From Octopus sinensis (taxonomy: Eukaryota), in contig NC_043003.1 of the NCBI RefSeq assembly GCF_006345805.1, positions 43,834,001-43,898,000 of the forward strand: 64,000 bases of DNA. The letters run 5' to 3'. The notes below the pieces were generated by a model. The model made no database searches and was not told the DNA's origin. It saw only the letters and a list, made by a program, of their open reading frames with translations. A program made the position numbers and the translations under genes. This document shows positions 1-11,009 of the stretch, one piece after another (the first letter of the stretch is position 1; each line of letters begins with the position of its first letter).

Positions 1-114
1 TATACTTTACCTCACGAAATTTATCTCCTGCAAAGATGTAAGTTTGAATCATTTGAGCGCTACTGTCTTCTGTACTGAGAATATCTGGATCTCATCTGTG
101 GACTACACAAACAC

Positions 115-152
<38 letters not shown>

Positions 153-755
153 ATACACACACCCATATGAGTGTGTGTGCGTGTGTGTGTGCTTATAGAT
201 ATACATATATAAATAATTAAATATTATATTGGAATGTGAACGTGATATATTTAACAATGAAGTCATACAAAGAATTTTAAATAGAATCGAATTAATTTTA
301 CATTAATTAGAACATTTCATAACTTTGTCATTAACTCTCGTCTGTAATGCATTATATATCCGAAACATGTAGACCTATATGATTAAAGAAATAATATATA
401 GGATGTTTTGTGAATGGGAACCATTGAGCTTTGTAACTTAAAAATAGGAAAAATGGAAGGCACCGAAGGATTCTTCTCACATGAATGACAATTGGTAATT
501 GTGTACATAATGTACTGGGTATTGTGTACTTAGTGTACTGGATGTACTGAGCTACTACTTATGGCTGCATTAAAAAGTAACGGTAAGCATTCATTCACAG
601 AATAACATAAGCCAAAAGAGACCAACTATAACAGCGTACCTACTTTAATTCACATGATTTCGGATTTCGAGATCTGATTGTATTAACGTGATAAGGTTTG
701 CAATATTTAAATTAAATGATATAGCATGGCATTCATTGCAAACTAGTGTCAGCGG

Positions 756-791
<36 letters not shown>

Positions 792-1205
792 GTCTCAACA
801 TTCTGTGTGTGCGTCTGAAAAATATGTAAATATATGGATGTACACAAATAATACAAAGAAAGGCTGACTTACACACGCGTACACAGACGCACTTAAACAC
901 AAACACACACTGTACGTGTGGGTGCGTATGCGTGTGTGTGTGTGTGCATATACACAAAATCTTCCTATGTGATATAATTCGATCTGAATAGCGCATGTTT
1001 AAATTGAAAGGATTCATTTTCATGTTTTATATACTTTTTATTTTTCAAAATTTTAATCATTAGAATATTCGTCAGAGATATCTATTGCAAGAAATAATCT
1101 TTGAGATCATATTCAAAACTGTTTCTAACCAAAAGCCATTTTGTCTCTTTGATGAATTTATTATCCAAAATATTCATTGATATTTTATGGTAATTGATCT
1201 ACCAT

Positions 1206-1207
<2 letters not shown>

Positions 1208-1265
<58 letters not shown>

Positions 1266-1303
1266 TATATACACATATATATATGTATGTATATATATAT
1301 ATA

Positions 1304-1380
<77 letters not shown>
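1208..1380. repeat. Long interrupted (TA)n microsatellite
   Basis: About 170 bp of TATATA with a few phase shifts; source of the [11 protein letters not shown] ORFs. Confidence 0.97.
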
Positions 1381-1384
<4 letters not shown>

Positions 1385-2283
1385 CGTACATACACGAGCA
1401 TGTACATGTATATTCATTATAAATCAAGCACATTCATTCTCTCTCATACGTTATAAGTTAACATATCATATTGTTAATATGATTGGGATCTGCCGGTTAC
1501 CTATGGAATACAGAAATGTTATGTTTCTCTAGGGAAATTCGATAGTAAGCGAACGTTGGTGGTTTTCATGTGTTATCGTAATTATTATCGTTGTTACTGT
1601 TGTTGCTACTATTTCCCCTGATACAGCTCATACTTTTGCTGTAGATAATACAATATCGCATGAGATTCGGTTAAGATGTATTGACGGTATTGGGTAACGT
1701 GGTGTTTGTCGTTGTTTGGGGAAGTCAAATAAAATAAATTCATCAATGATGATGAAGCTATAACAGAGAAGCGATTGGGGCGTGATACCATATTCCAAAT
1801 AGAATGGAAACTCACGTGACTAAATTCGAAAAGTCCTAGTTATTATGACCAGTTTGACTGAGAACATTTAGATCCATAATCAGTTCTCGTTGAAACAATG
1901 CTGCCACTTGATCGTAAAATGCAGCTTTAAATCTTTGGAGCAACTAAAATAACTCGAAAATGGTGAAAATGATGATGTGGATGATGACAACGACGGCTGC
2001 GGCGAAGAAGCATGTGATAATCAGGAGGAGGACGAGAAGGAGAAGAATGATGATATTCTGGATGTTTACTTATAGTTCAAACCTGAAGGAGATGAACTCT
2101 TGTCAAATGCATTGCAGATTTAATCATGTCATGAAAGACATCTAGTTATCTGATGCATTTTTCCTATTTGAAAGATATTTGCATATAGTTTGAATGACAT
2201 GCCGTTTTTCTAAGAGCTTAAGAAACAATTTTGAAGTACCATTCACTGTTAAGGAAAATTTTGGTATGTGTTTGGGTGTGTAT

Positions 2284-2314
<31 letters not shown>

Positions 2315-2606
2315 TACATACATATAACTCAGTTTGTATGTGCGTGTGTGCACCTATTTATGTATGCATGTGTACATGTATGCATTTATTAAGAACTTTC
2401 AAATGCCAGTTAGAGTAAGATACGATGCGTGATACATGATACTGCGCTTCCACCAACGGTCGCCACACACTTTACAAATCCTACCCTGCCCAAATTGTGA
2501 TGTCCATTCTGCTGCAAGGCTGCGATGACAAAATCCTCCCTCTTCTCACCCAATATCAGACGACTCGTAAACTGTCATGTGCACTGCCATCAATCTACAA
2601 CGTGCA

Positions 2607-2649
<43 letters not shown>

Positions 2650-2692
2650 CCTATCTATCTATCTATCGTTTCATATATATATGTGTATATAT

Positions 2693-2737
<45 letters not shown>

Positions 2738-2744
2738 TTTTAGA

Positions 2745-4310
2745 GAAGGGGATATAGCTTCACACGATGAAGAAGACAACTGGACGTTTCAACAGTACAA
2801 CCTGCTGAGGGCCACTCACCAGATCTCAGGATGGTGTAAAGTCCCCTCTAGACCCAAAATAACGTGGTGGTGGAACAATGTTGTTGAAAGGGCTATTAGA
2901 AAAAAGAAACAGGCTTGGAAGGACTGGAAGAACGGTGGTAGCGGGGAATTTTATCAGACTGCCAGAAGGGAAGCAAGGAGGTAGGTTTATTTAGCCAGAG
3001 GGGAAGCAGATAAGAAAAAAATGCCAATGTTCTGCGCCGTGAGGATCAAACAATTGAGGTATTTCGTGTTGCAAGACAGTGTGTGAGAGAGAATCCTGAT
3101 GTTGTAGGAGAGACATGTGTTCGCATGGATGATGGTTCACTTGCACTAAATGAGGCCGCAAAGAGAGAGATTTGGAGACACCACAATGAACGGTTGCTGA
3201 ATAAAGAAAATAAATGAGAGAAACTCTGCCGAAGGACGACCCAAAAGAGGGGCCAGCTACCCGAGTTGACAGTATCTTGGTAGATAAACTAATTAAGAGT
3301 AAAAGACAGGGAAATCCCTCAGTCAATCAGGGATCATCTCATAGATGCTCAAAATATCTGGCAGTGTCGGCTATAGCCTGGGCACCCGTATAGTTAACCA
3401 GGTGATACACAAAGGAGTCATACCCAATGACTGGTGTAGCAGCACTATAGTCAACTTCTACAAATGTAAATGTGACGCTTTAGTTACAAATAATTACAGA
3501 GATATCAAGTTGTTGGATCAGGTAATGAAGGTCACAGAGATAGCCTTAGCCCAACTAATTAGAGAGAGTGTCAGTTTAGATGAGATGCAGTTTGGGTTCG
3601 TGCCAGGGAAAAGGCACAGGTGTTGTTATATTCTGGTAAGACAGCTGCAGGAGAAATACATAGCCAAAGATAAACCTCCGTACCTGACTTTTGTTGACAT
3701 GGAGAAAGCTTTTGACAGGGTCCCCCGATTCCTTATCTGGTGGTCAATGAGGAAACTAGAGATATATGAACGGTTATTGAGAGATGTGCAACCCATGTAT
3801 AGGGGCGCTGTCTATAAGGTGAGGGTTGGCAACGAGTACAGTAAAGAATTCCGGGTAGACGTAGGGGTCCAGCAAGCTTCAGTCCTTAGCCACCTCCTAT
3901 TTACATTGTCCTCCAGGCAACAACAGAGGAATTCAAGACAGGAAGCCCCTGGGAGATCCTCTATGCTGACGACCTTGCTCTAATTGCTGAGTCACTATCA
4001 GAATTCGAGAAGAAGATTCAGGTGTGGAAACAAGGATTAGAATCAAAGGGCCATAAAGTCAACCTAGCTAAAACCAAAGTTCTAATAAGTAGGAAGGTAG
4101 ACAAACCACAGATCCCTTCAGGTAGATGGCCCTGCTCGATCTGTAGAAAAGGCGTAGGCAGAAACTCTATAAGGTGTACCCAGTGTAAGCTATGGACACA
4201 TAAGACGTGCAGGAATATCAAAGGAAGGCAAACTTGGAAGATAGTTTTTTTATGTGGCAGATGCTCACGAGTAATAAACACTGAAAATGTGCAGAGGACA
4301 TATATATGCG
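2745..4310 (+). mobile_element. RTE-clade non-LTR retrotransposon fragment (RT region plus PHD-like finger), frameshifted and truncated
   Basis: Pieces translate to KITWWWNNVVERAIRKKKQAWKDWK, NYRDIKLLDQVMKV, DEMQFGFVPGK, FVDMEKAFDRVPR, VGVQQASVLSHLLF and LYADD (TAT GCT GAC GAC at 3962-3973), then GHKVNLAKTKV. Several stops and frameshifts. Confidence 0.92.
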
Positions 4311-4393
4311 TGATGTGTGTGTTAGTGTGTACATGTGTGTGTGCGTTAGCATCTGTGTTCACGTGTGAGTGTGTGTGCTTGTATGTTTGCGCA

Positions 4394-4431
<38 letters not shown>

Positions 4432-4866
4432 GAAAATGTTGACCGTCTCTTCGATAATACAACATTTATTGCCTTGGCACATTTTCGTGGCAGACAATTT
4501 GTGAAATTTGAATGTTACATTTAAATCCAAATGTATTGAGTGATTCTTCAATAATGCATAACTAAAGATAGAAACACACACGCACGCACAATATTACTGA
4601 GTCACACACACAATCTCGCTCACATTCATGCATATATGCTTTTTAAGATAAAATATTCATCGCATTTCCTTTTCCTTTCTCTTGTTCTTTTTGCATCCAC
4701 GTATACGCATAACCCATACAAATAAATACATACACACTCATGCACAGACACAGCCATACGATATTATGTATATAACAACGTATGCATGTTCTATATAGAT
4801 TTATTTTATTCATATAAGTTCGAAAGTCTTTGCGACTATGTGTCAATGATGACAATGTATTCATCT

Positions 4867-5165
4867 GTGGAGGCACATGGCCAAGTTAGAGCAGCGGACT
4901 CGCGATCGAAGGATCGCGGGTTCGAATTATAGACCGGTCGATGTATGTGTTTATCAGCGAAACACTTAAGCTCCACGCGGCTCCGGCAGTAGGTAATGCC
5001 GAACTTCTGCTGTCTCTTTCGCCACAAATTTCTCTCACTCTTTCCTCCTGCATCTTGCAGCTCGCTTGCGACGGACCGGCGTACCGTCCAGGTGGGGAAC
5101 CAATACGCCAAGAAAACCGGGAAACCGGCCGTAATGGGTCGGGTGTGGCTCGTGAAGGAACAAAC
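4867..5165 (+). mobile_element. tRNA-derived SINE (family C) with 12-bp target site duplication
   Basis: A-box-like TGGCCAAGTTAGAGC at 4878 and B-box GGTTCGAAT at ~4919. Flanked by ATGTATTCATCT at 4855-4866 and 5166-5177. Homologous reverse copy at ~31095-31400. Confidence 0.88.
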
Positions 5166-6060
5166 ATGTATTCATCTATGACTACTACACAAAATGTTTT
5201 TACATTATTTTGTGAACAATCATATTTTACCGAAGTATATTTATTCACGTTTACTATATGCAGTCATGTGTATTTCTAAATTCGCACACTGTCTTTATTT
5301 AGCGGAATAATGCGAGACATATTGCTACATATCTAACTTGTGGCAAATCGCTACATTACAGAAATGAAAACATAACTATAGAATTTCAGTCAAGTATTTC
5401 ACCACAAATCAACCTTGTCAGCAATGACGTGTTACATTAATATCATGACTTGGATATGACATTCGATAATAATAATAATCGCTGTAAAGAAGTCACTTGT
5501 GACACTTTTAATAAGTAGTGTCAGATCGTTTTGCATCATACAATTAGTACACTCATGGCAATTTGATCTATCTTCACCAATTCTTTGTGAAAGAATAATG
5601 TGAAATGTTTTATGCTGCATAACGAACATTATCGCCATTTCACCAAGAACAAGCGAATTGTATTGCAATAAATTCTTACGATCCCATCATTGATTAACTT
5701 AGCGATCTGTTCTACCAATAGGTTCCGTTTAAAATATTTCCACTACAACCATTTATGTTATCTTTGGATCTTTGGGTGGAACATCGACGATATTCGTTAA
5801 ACCCATCCTATGCTGCTGGTGTTTAATTACAAAATGGATATTTACGCTAAATTTCAAACTGTTTAATGTATTCAAAGCCAGTGAAACATGAGAGAATCTT
5901 TAATTATTTCGATATGCGATACAGGTGTGGAGAATATGGCAACTGTAGTTTGAAATGTATATGCCGTAGTGAATTTATCATTTAGTAATTTTACAGTACA
6001 TTATACATCTCCCCCACATCTCTCTCCCTCGCTCTTTCTCTCTTTCTTTCTCTCTCTCAT

Positions 6061-6062
6061 AC

Positions 6063-6114
<52 letters not shown>

Positions 6115-6172
6115 TATATATTAAAATATGTATATTATATAATATATATTATGCAGTATATATATATATGTG

Positions 6173-6230
<58 letters not shown>

Positions 6231-6300
6231 ACATACATATACATATATATATGAATACACACACACACACACATGCACATATACATATATATATATATAT
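6061..6300. repeat. (TA)n/(CA)n compound microsatellite
   Basis: Direct reading of the sequence. Confidence 0.95.
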
Positions 6301-6904
6301 GCTCGAATTTTGAACTGGTTGTTACGTAGCCTTTAAGGATGGTAGTCATCCAATATTGAATGAGTAATATATACACGCCATATAAATTTACGTGTATATA
6401 ATTAAAAGAGAAACAAAACGCCATCTTTCGTTGGCGAAGTGTGAAATCGATTACCAATATTATCAGTCTGTGTCTGAAATATTCACCTTGCTCGGCGAAA
6501 TGATGGATTTACATTAATTATATAAAATAACTTTCATTGATATTTCAGTAGATGAGTTAGAGGTGAATGTAGTTATGGAATATTAATTTGAACGAATATG
6601 CAATAAACGGGAAGAATATATGACAGATGCTCGTATAGTTTAGGAACGGGAGAATGATAAACAAATGCTAAATGAATATTATGTTTTTCAATCACCGTTG
6701 GAATTTGCTACGAAGTTAGTTATGTTTTGTTAGTAATGAGATTAGACAGGTGAATCGATCTTTAGTTGTATATTGTGGGAGATGAAATATGTACCTTAAA
6801 AGATAGATCGAATTCATACACTTTGTAAATTTGTATGTATGTATGTATGTGTAAATGTGTGTACATAAGTAAGTATGTATGTACGTACGTACGTATGTAT
6901 GGGT

Positions 6905-7440
6905 ATCTCCTCTTTTTCTTTTTAATTTAGAGTAAAACTTGACCGGCCACTAACTCGGTTGCAAGGTTGTACAGGAGTGTATCTGGATTTAACCATCATC
7001 CTTTATCTTCTAAGAAGGTCTTGCAGATATTTATAGTCCCAGATATTGTGACCATTTTTAGCATATGGATTAATCATTTGCATTCTCTCCCCTAAATTCC
7101 AAGTTCATTCATTATTTGCTCCAGATAGGTTAGCATGTATGCTGCGGCTCCAATAATAATGAGCATGAAACTGAACGTGTATCTTGGGTACCGGATTTGC
7201 AATCTCCCTATCAACAGACGATAGATGTCCTCTTCTGCTTGTATTTTCCTAACCACATTAGTATCCAGAGTGCAGCTTATTTCGAAAACTGAATATGTCT
7301 TTCCTATGCCGTCCTTCACTACAATGCCTGGCTGGGTTTTTTTAACTTTGTGATTGTTTCAATTTTCAAGTTCCTCCACTCTTCTTTTCACCCATCAGTT
7401 TCAATACGGTCAACTTCGTTTCTAGGTATTCTCTTTTATG
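6905..7440 (-). mobile_element. R4/Dong-like non-LTR retrotransposon 3' fragment (restriction-like endonuclease domain)
   Basis: Minus-strand ORF 7092-7319 (VFEISCTLDTNVVRKIQAEEDIYRLLIGRLQIRYPRYTFSFMLIIIGAAAY) resembles the PD..(D/E)xxxP...K..KY..L...PIIIGA.G pattern of REL endonucleases. Flanked on both sides by (TATG)n. Confidence 0.72.
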
Positions 7441-7585
7441 TGCATGTATGTATGTATGTATGTATGTATGTATGTATGTATGTATGTATTATGTATGTAT
7501 GTATGTATTTATGTATGTATGTATGTATGTATGTATTTATGTATGTATGTATGTATGTATGTATGTATGTATGTATGTATGTATG
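7440..7585. repeat. (TATG)n tetranucleotide array
   Basis: Direct reading; further TATG arrays at ~6835-6900 and ~7790-7920. Confidence 0.95.
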
Positions 7586-7789
7586 TGACCGCGTGTGTAT
7601 CGTTGGTGCTTTTCTTTCTCCCCCTTCTCTTTCTTGGACCTTTCCTTTTTTTCTATTTCTGACGAAGAGCTCCACTCGAAATATTAAATCCTCCTTCTTT
7701 CTTTCCTTTCCTGAGCGTCCAATAACACTATACTTGTTCTACGTCCTCGGGGTGTTGTGTTTTCTCTTTGTTCATGTTTGGATTCACTA
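7585..7789 (+). mobile_element. Short pyrimidine-rich hammerhead-bearing cassette (Penelope pLTR- or retrozyme-like)
   Basis: About 205-bp unique cassette between TATG arrays. Shares TTCT..GAAGAGC...CTCGAAA and a downstream TTCCTGAGCGT with the cassette at ~29730-29870. Confidence 0.6.
7655..7689 (+). ncRNA. Minimal type I hammerhead ribozyme motif
   Basis: ATTT-CTGACGA-A-GAG(ctcca)CTC-GAAA-TA-TT-AAAT: stem I AUUU/AAAU, core CUGACGA plus an extra A, 3-bp stem II, GAAA, palindromic AUAU stem III, AUU triplet. Confidence 0.6.
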
Positions 7790-8268
7790 TGTATGTATGT
7801 ATGTATGTATGTATGTATGCATGTATGTATGATTGTATGTATGTATGTACGTATGCATGTATGTATGTATGTATGTTTGATGCATGTATGTATATAAGTA
7901 TGTATGTATATATGTGCATATGTTTGTGTGTCTATGTATGGATGTAAACTTTGAATTCCATCATTCCCTTCGTTACATATAAATCGGTAACCAATCAGCT
8001 GTTTGTTGAGAACCTAAAAATTCGTGAGACGACACTGAACCCGAGTAATATCAGTTTTTGACCCTACAATTAACGCATTTAATTTCGAGCAAATGCAACA
8101 ACCGGAATTCGGTACAGCCATGCCAATGAGACGCCTGTACGTGTGTGAAAGTATTCGTCTGCACGTTTTTATGACTACGTAAAATCAGACAAATATGTAG
8201 TAGTAGTAGACTTTATTTTGCTTTGCGTCAAACCAGATGTGAAATGCCAGACCCTCATATTTAAGATA

Positions 8269-8445
8269 GGCAGCGAATTGGCAGAATCTTTAACACGTCT
8301 AGCAAAAGGCTCAAACTTCGAGTTCCAATTCCACCGAAGTCTACTTTGCCTTACATCCTTTCAATGTCGATAAATTAAGTACCAGTGAAGTACTGGTGTC
8401 TTTGTGATCGACGTACCCCCTTGTACCTATTTTAGAAAGGATTAT
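8269..8445 (+). mobile_element. tRNA-derived SINE (family B) with 11-bp TSD
   Basis: GGCAGCGAATTGGCAGAA head and GTCGATAAATTAAGTACCAG core. Flanked by TATTTAAGATA at 8258-8268 and 8446-8456. Confidence 0.82.
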
Positions 8446-8574
8446 TATTTAAGATATTGTCTCTATAACATCATGTTATAGGTGGCATCCTTGTATTTAA
8501 GATAGATTTAGGAGCTAAACAGAAGACGTACCAGTGGCTCGTATAATACCAGGTATATATATATACAATTCTAA

Positions 8575-8735
8575 CACTCGCGGAGTGGTTGGCGTTTGGA
8601 AGGGCATCCAGCCGTAGAAACACTGCCAGATCTGACTGGGCCTGACGAAGCCTTCCAGCTTCACAGACCCCAGTTGACCCGTCCAACCCATGCTAGCATG
8701 GAAAGCGGACGCTAAATGATGATGATGATGATGAT
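8575..8735 (+). mobile_element. RTE-type 3' end / RTE-related tail ending in (GAT)n
   Basis: TGGTTGGCGTTTGGAAGGGCATCCAGCCGTAGAAA...CCGTCCAACCCATGCTAGCATGGAAAGCGGACGCTAAATGATGATGAT; recognised from memory as a mollusc RTE 3' UTR with short tandem tail. Confidence 0.65.
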
Positions 8736-8744
8736 ATATATATA

Positions 8745-8972
8745 TGAGGAGGCGAGGAGGTGTTGAAAATTTCCTGGGTTTTAGGGTATAGCGAAAGACG
8801 TGGCGAGAAGCCCAAACTTCCGAGGTCTTTTACCTGGCTTATAAAAATTAAAGGACGGCTCCAATAAGACTGTAAATCTGAGAGGGGAATATGTTGAATA
8901 AAATCATAATTAATCGACCCTTTTGTAGATTCTATAACACAAAGCCAGCACCTTTTCAGCACCTTTTCATAT
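8745..8972. mobile_element. Mariner-derived MITE
   Basis: Left GAGGAGGTGTTGAAAATTTCCTGG and right AAAGCCAGCACCTTTTCAGCACCTTTTCATA are degenerate inverted copies of a mariner-type TIR in TA context. Confidence 0.55.
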
Positions 8973-9319
8973 GTTATTGTTTCTATCAGTTGTGCATTAT
9001 ATCACATAAGATTATACGAACAACGCGATATGTGGTTTGAAGAAATTAGCTTCGAAAACTGAATCCTTCTCTAGTATACACCAAGTGAAAGTGCTGCAAG
9101 CATAATAACGTATTGTCACGTTACAGATCTACTGCTACTTAGAGCGGTTCATTGTTTCTATGTCAGCTTCAAAATCTTCAGATGTCTGGTTTTGGCCGTT
9201 TGAAATTTAACCGACTCTAGCCTTCGGCATTGTTCAATACCAATGATACCATAAGAAGCGATGTTTCAACGTTGTTTTATCTGTACGAAACAATCTCGTA
9301 TCTCCAAGAAATTTATGGA

Positions 9320-9723
9320 TTTACTCTCTTTTACTCTTTTACTTGTTTCAGTCATTTGACTGTGGCCATGCAGGAGCACCGCCTTTAGTCGAGCAAATCG
9401 ACCCCAGGACTTATTCTTTGTAAGCCTAGCACTTATTCTATTGATATATTTTGCCGAACTGCTAAGTTACGGGGATGTAAGCACCATCGGTTGTCAAGCG
9501 ATTTTGGGAGGACACACACAGACACACGAACACACACACATATATATATACACATATATACGACGGGCTTCTTTCAGTTTCCGTCTACCAAATCCACTCA
9601 CAAGGCTTTGGTCGGCCCGAAACTCTAGTAGAAGACACTTGCCCAATGTGCCACGCAGTAGGAATGCACGCGGAACCATGTGGTTGGTAAGCAAGCTACT
9701 TACCACACAGCCACTCCTGCGCC
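9320..9723 (-). mobile_element. tRNA-derived SINE (family A) with internal CA/TA microsatellite
   Basis: Minus strand reads GGCGCAGGAGTGGCTGTGTGGTAAGTAGCTTGCTTACCAACCACATGGTTCC...GGCAAGTGTCTTCTACTA...AGACGGAAACTGAAAGAAGCCCGTCG, then microsatellite, then ATGACTGAAACAAGTAAAAGAGT tail. Many copies in the window. Confidence 0.9.
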
Positions 9724-10367
9724 TATGTTTGGCAGACACCAGCATGTATCAACTAATAGTGTATTGATTCCTATAAATAAGAGCTCCTGAAATTGCAAGT
9801 TTCCAATCCAGCGCAGCTTCGAATGAAATCATATATAAGTATTTCGAAACAATGCTAGGACTTGAAATCTCCATGCAGCGGTAAATCTCATGTTTTATGA
9901 ACAGATATTATTTTCAAATTCTTGAAGATTTCTGAAATACATCAGGCGCTTCTCTAGAAATACTCACGTTCTTTATAAATTTATTGCTCAATTTTGTTTC
10001 AGTCACATGTCAGTGACTATACTGCGAAATCGAACCTCATATGCTTTGCTCTTGCGTGGAGACGTGAGCCAAACTGATAAAATTCATGGTGTACACACAA
10101 GGGTGAATATCTTTATCAATTTATTCTTAATATCTCTTGGCAGATTCGATCTTGAATATCTGATCGATGTCATTCACTGCCGAAAAGTATCACCTTCCTT
10201 AAAGGAATGCCTGTTCATAAAACATTAGATTTACCGCCCTTTGGAGACTTGAAGACATAGCTGTGTTTCGCGACCCTTGTATACTTTTTCATTCGCAATT
10301 TCAGGAGCTCTTGTTTATAGGAATCAATACACTATCAGTCGATACATGCTGGTGTCTGACAAACATA
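9724..10367. mobile_element. Long-TIR MITE / foldback-like non-autonomous element
   Basis: 9724-9796 is the reverse complement of 10295-10367 (4 mismatches in 73 bp). Homology continues inward: 9878-9904 vs 10211-10237 has 1 mismatch. Confidence 0.85.
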
Positions 10368-10974
10368 TGATAATTCATGAGGTGCGCGCATAATAATGCC
10401 ATGTTTTACACGTTTACACAATGTCCATTCGCTAACGTACGTGACAGCGTATTGGACATATCTGCAAAACAAATAAATATACATGTATTATATCACGAAA
10501 TATTGCGTATTTCAGCTATAGTTATTACATCACCTTCTATCAGATTTCATACTGGGTTTACTTTTATAATAATGATTTTCCTGAATGTTCGTCATATATT
10601 ACTTTGTAAATGTAACGCTGTGTACTGAATGCTGGTAATAAACACATTTCTACATTTTATATAAACAATGTTTCTTCTGTGCCTTAGATCAGAAATCACA
10701 GTTTTAGTGTAGAGCAGTAACCCAGTTTCACATTATCTATATAACTTGCCTATAAAAAAAGTGTTTATTATTTGGGACGGTTTGATGTTTCATGAGTTAG
10801 TTGAAATATTTATACGCATCGCTCTCATATAATCATATTACACGGAAATGGGCTTTTCTTCGTGTGTAGGTGGATGTGGTTTTCTAAGTGTGTCATGTGC
10901 CTATTTCTAACTTGTGTGCGCGCGTAAGGGCAATAGAGTGCGTGTATTTTGGTTCGCGTCGTTTTGAGTATATA

Positions 10975-11009
<35 letters not shown>

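Noticed and set aside
11-27. Possible 17-nt minus-strand microexon (CTTTGCAG|GAGATAAATTTCGTGAG|GTAAAG)
   Set aside because: At the window edge, not a multiple of 3 and not distinguishable from chance without RNA data.
1953-2075. Acidic open frame LENGENDDVDDDNDGCGEEACDNQEEDEKEKNDDILDVYL
   Set aside because: Bounded by stops, no start or splice sites, and explained by decayed GAT/GAG trinucleotide repeats.
10248-10305. Minus-strand hammerhead-like junction (GCGA/UCGC-GAAA-CA...UG-UC)
   Set aside because: The CUGANGA box is absent (only AUU) and the homologous left arm of the same element does not keep the pairings.
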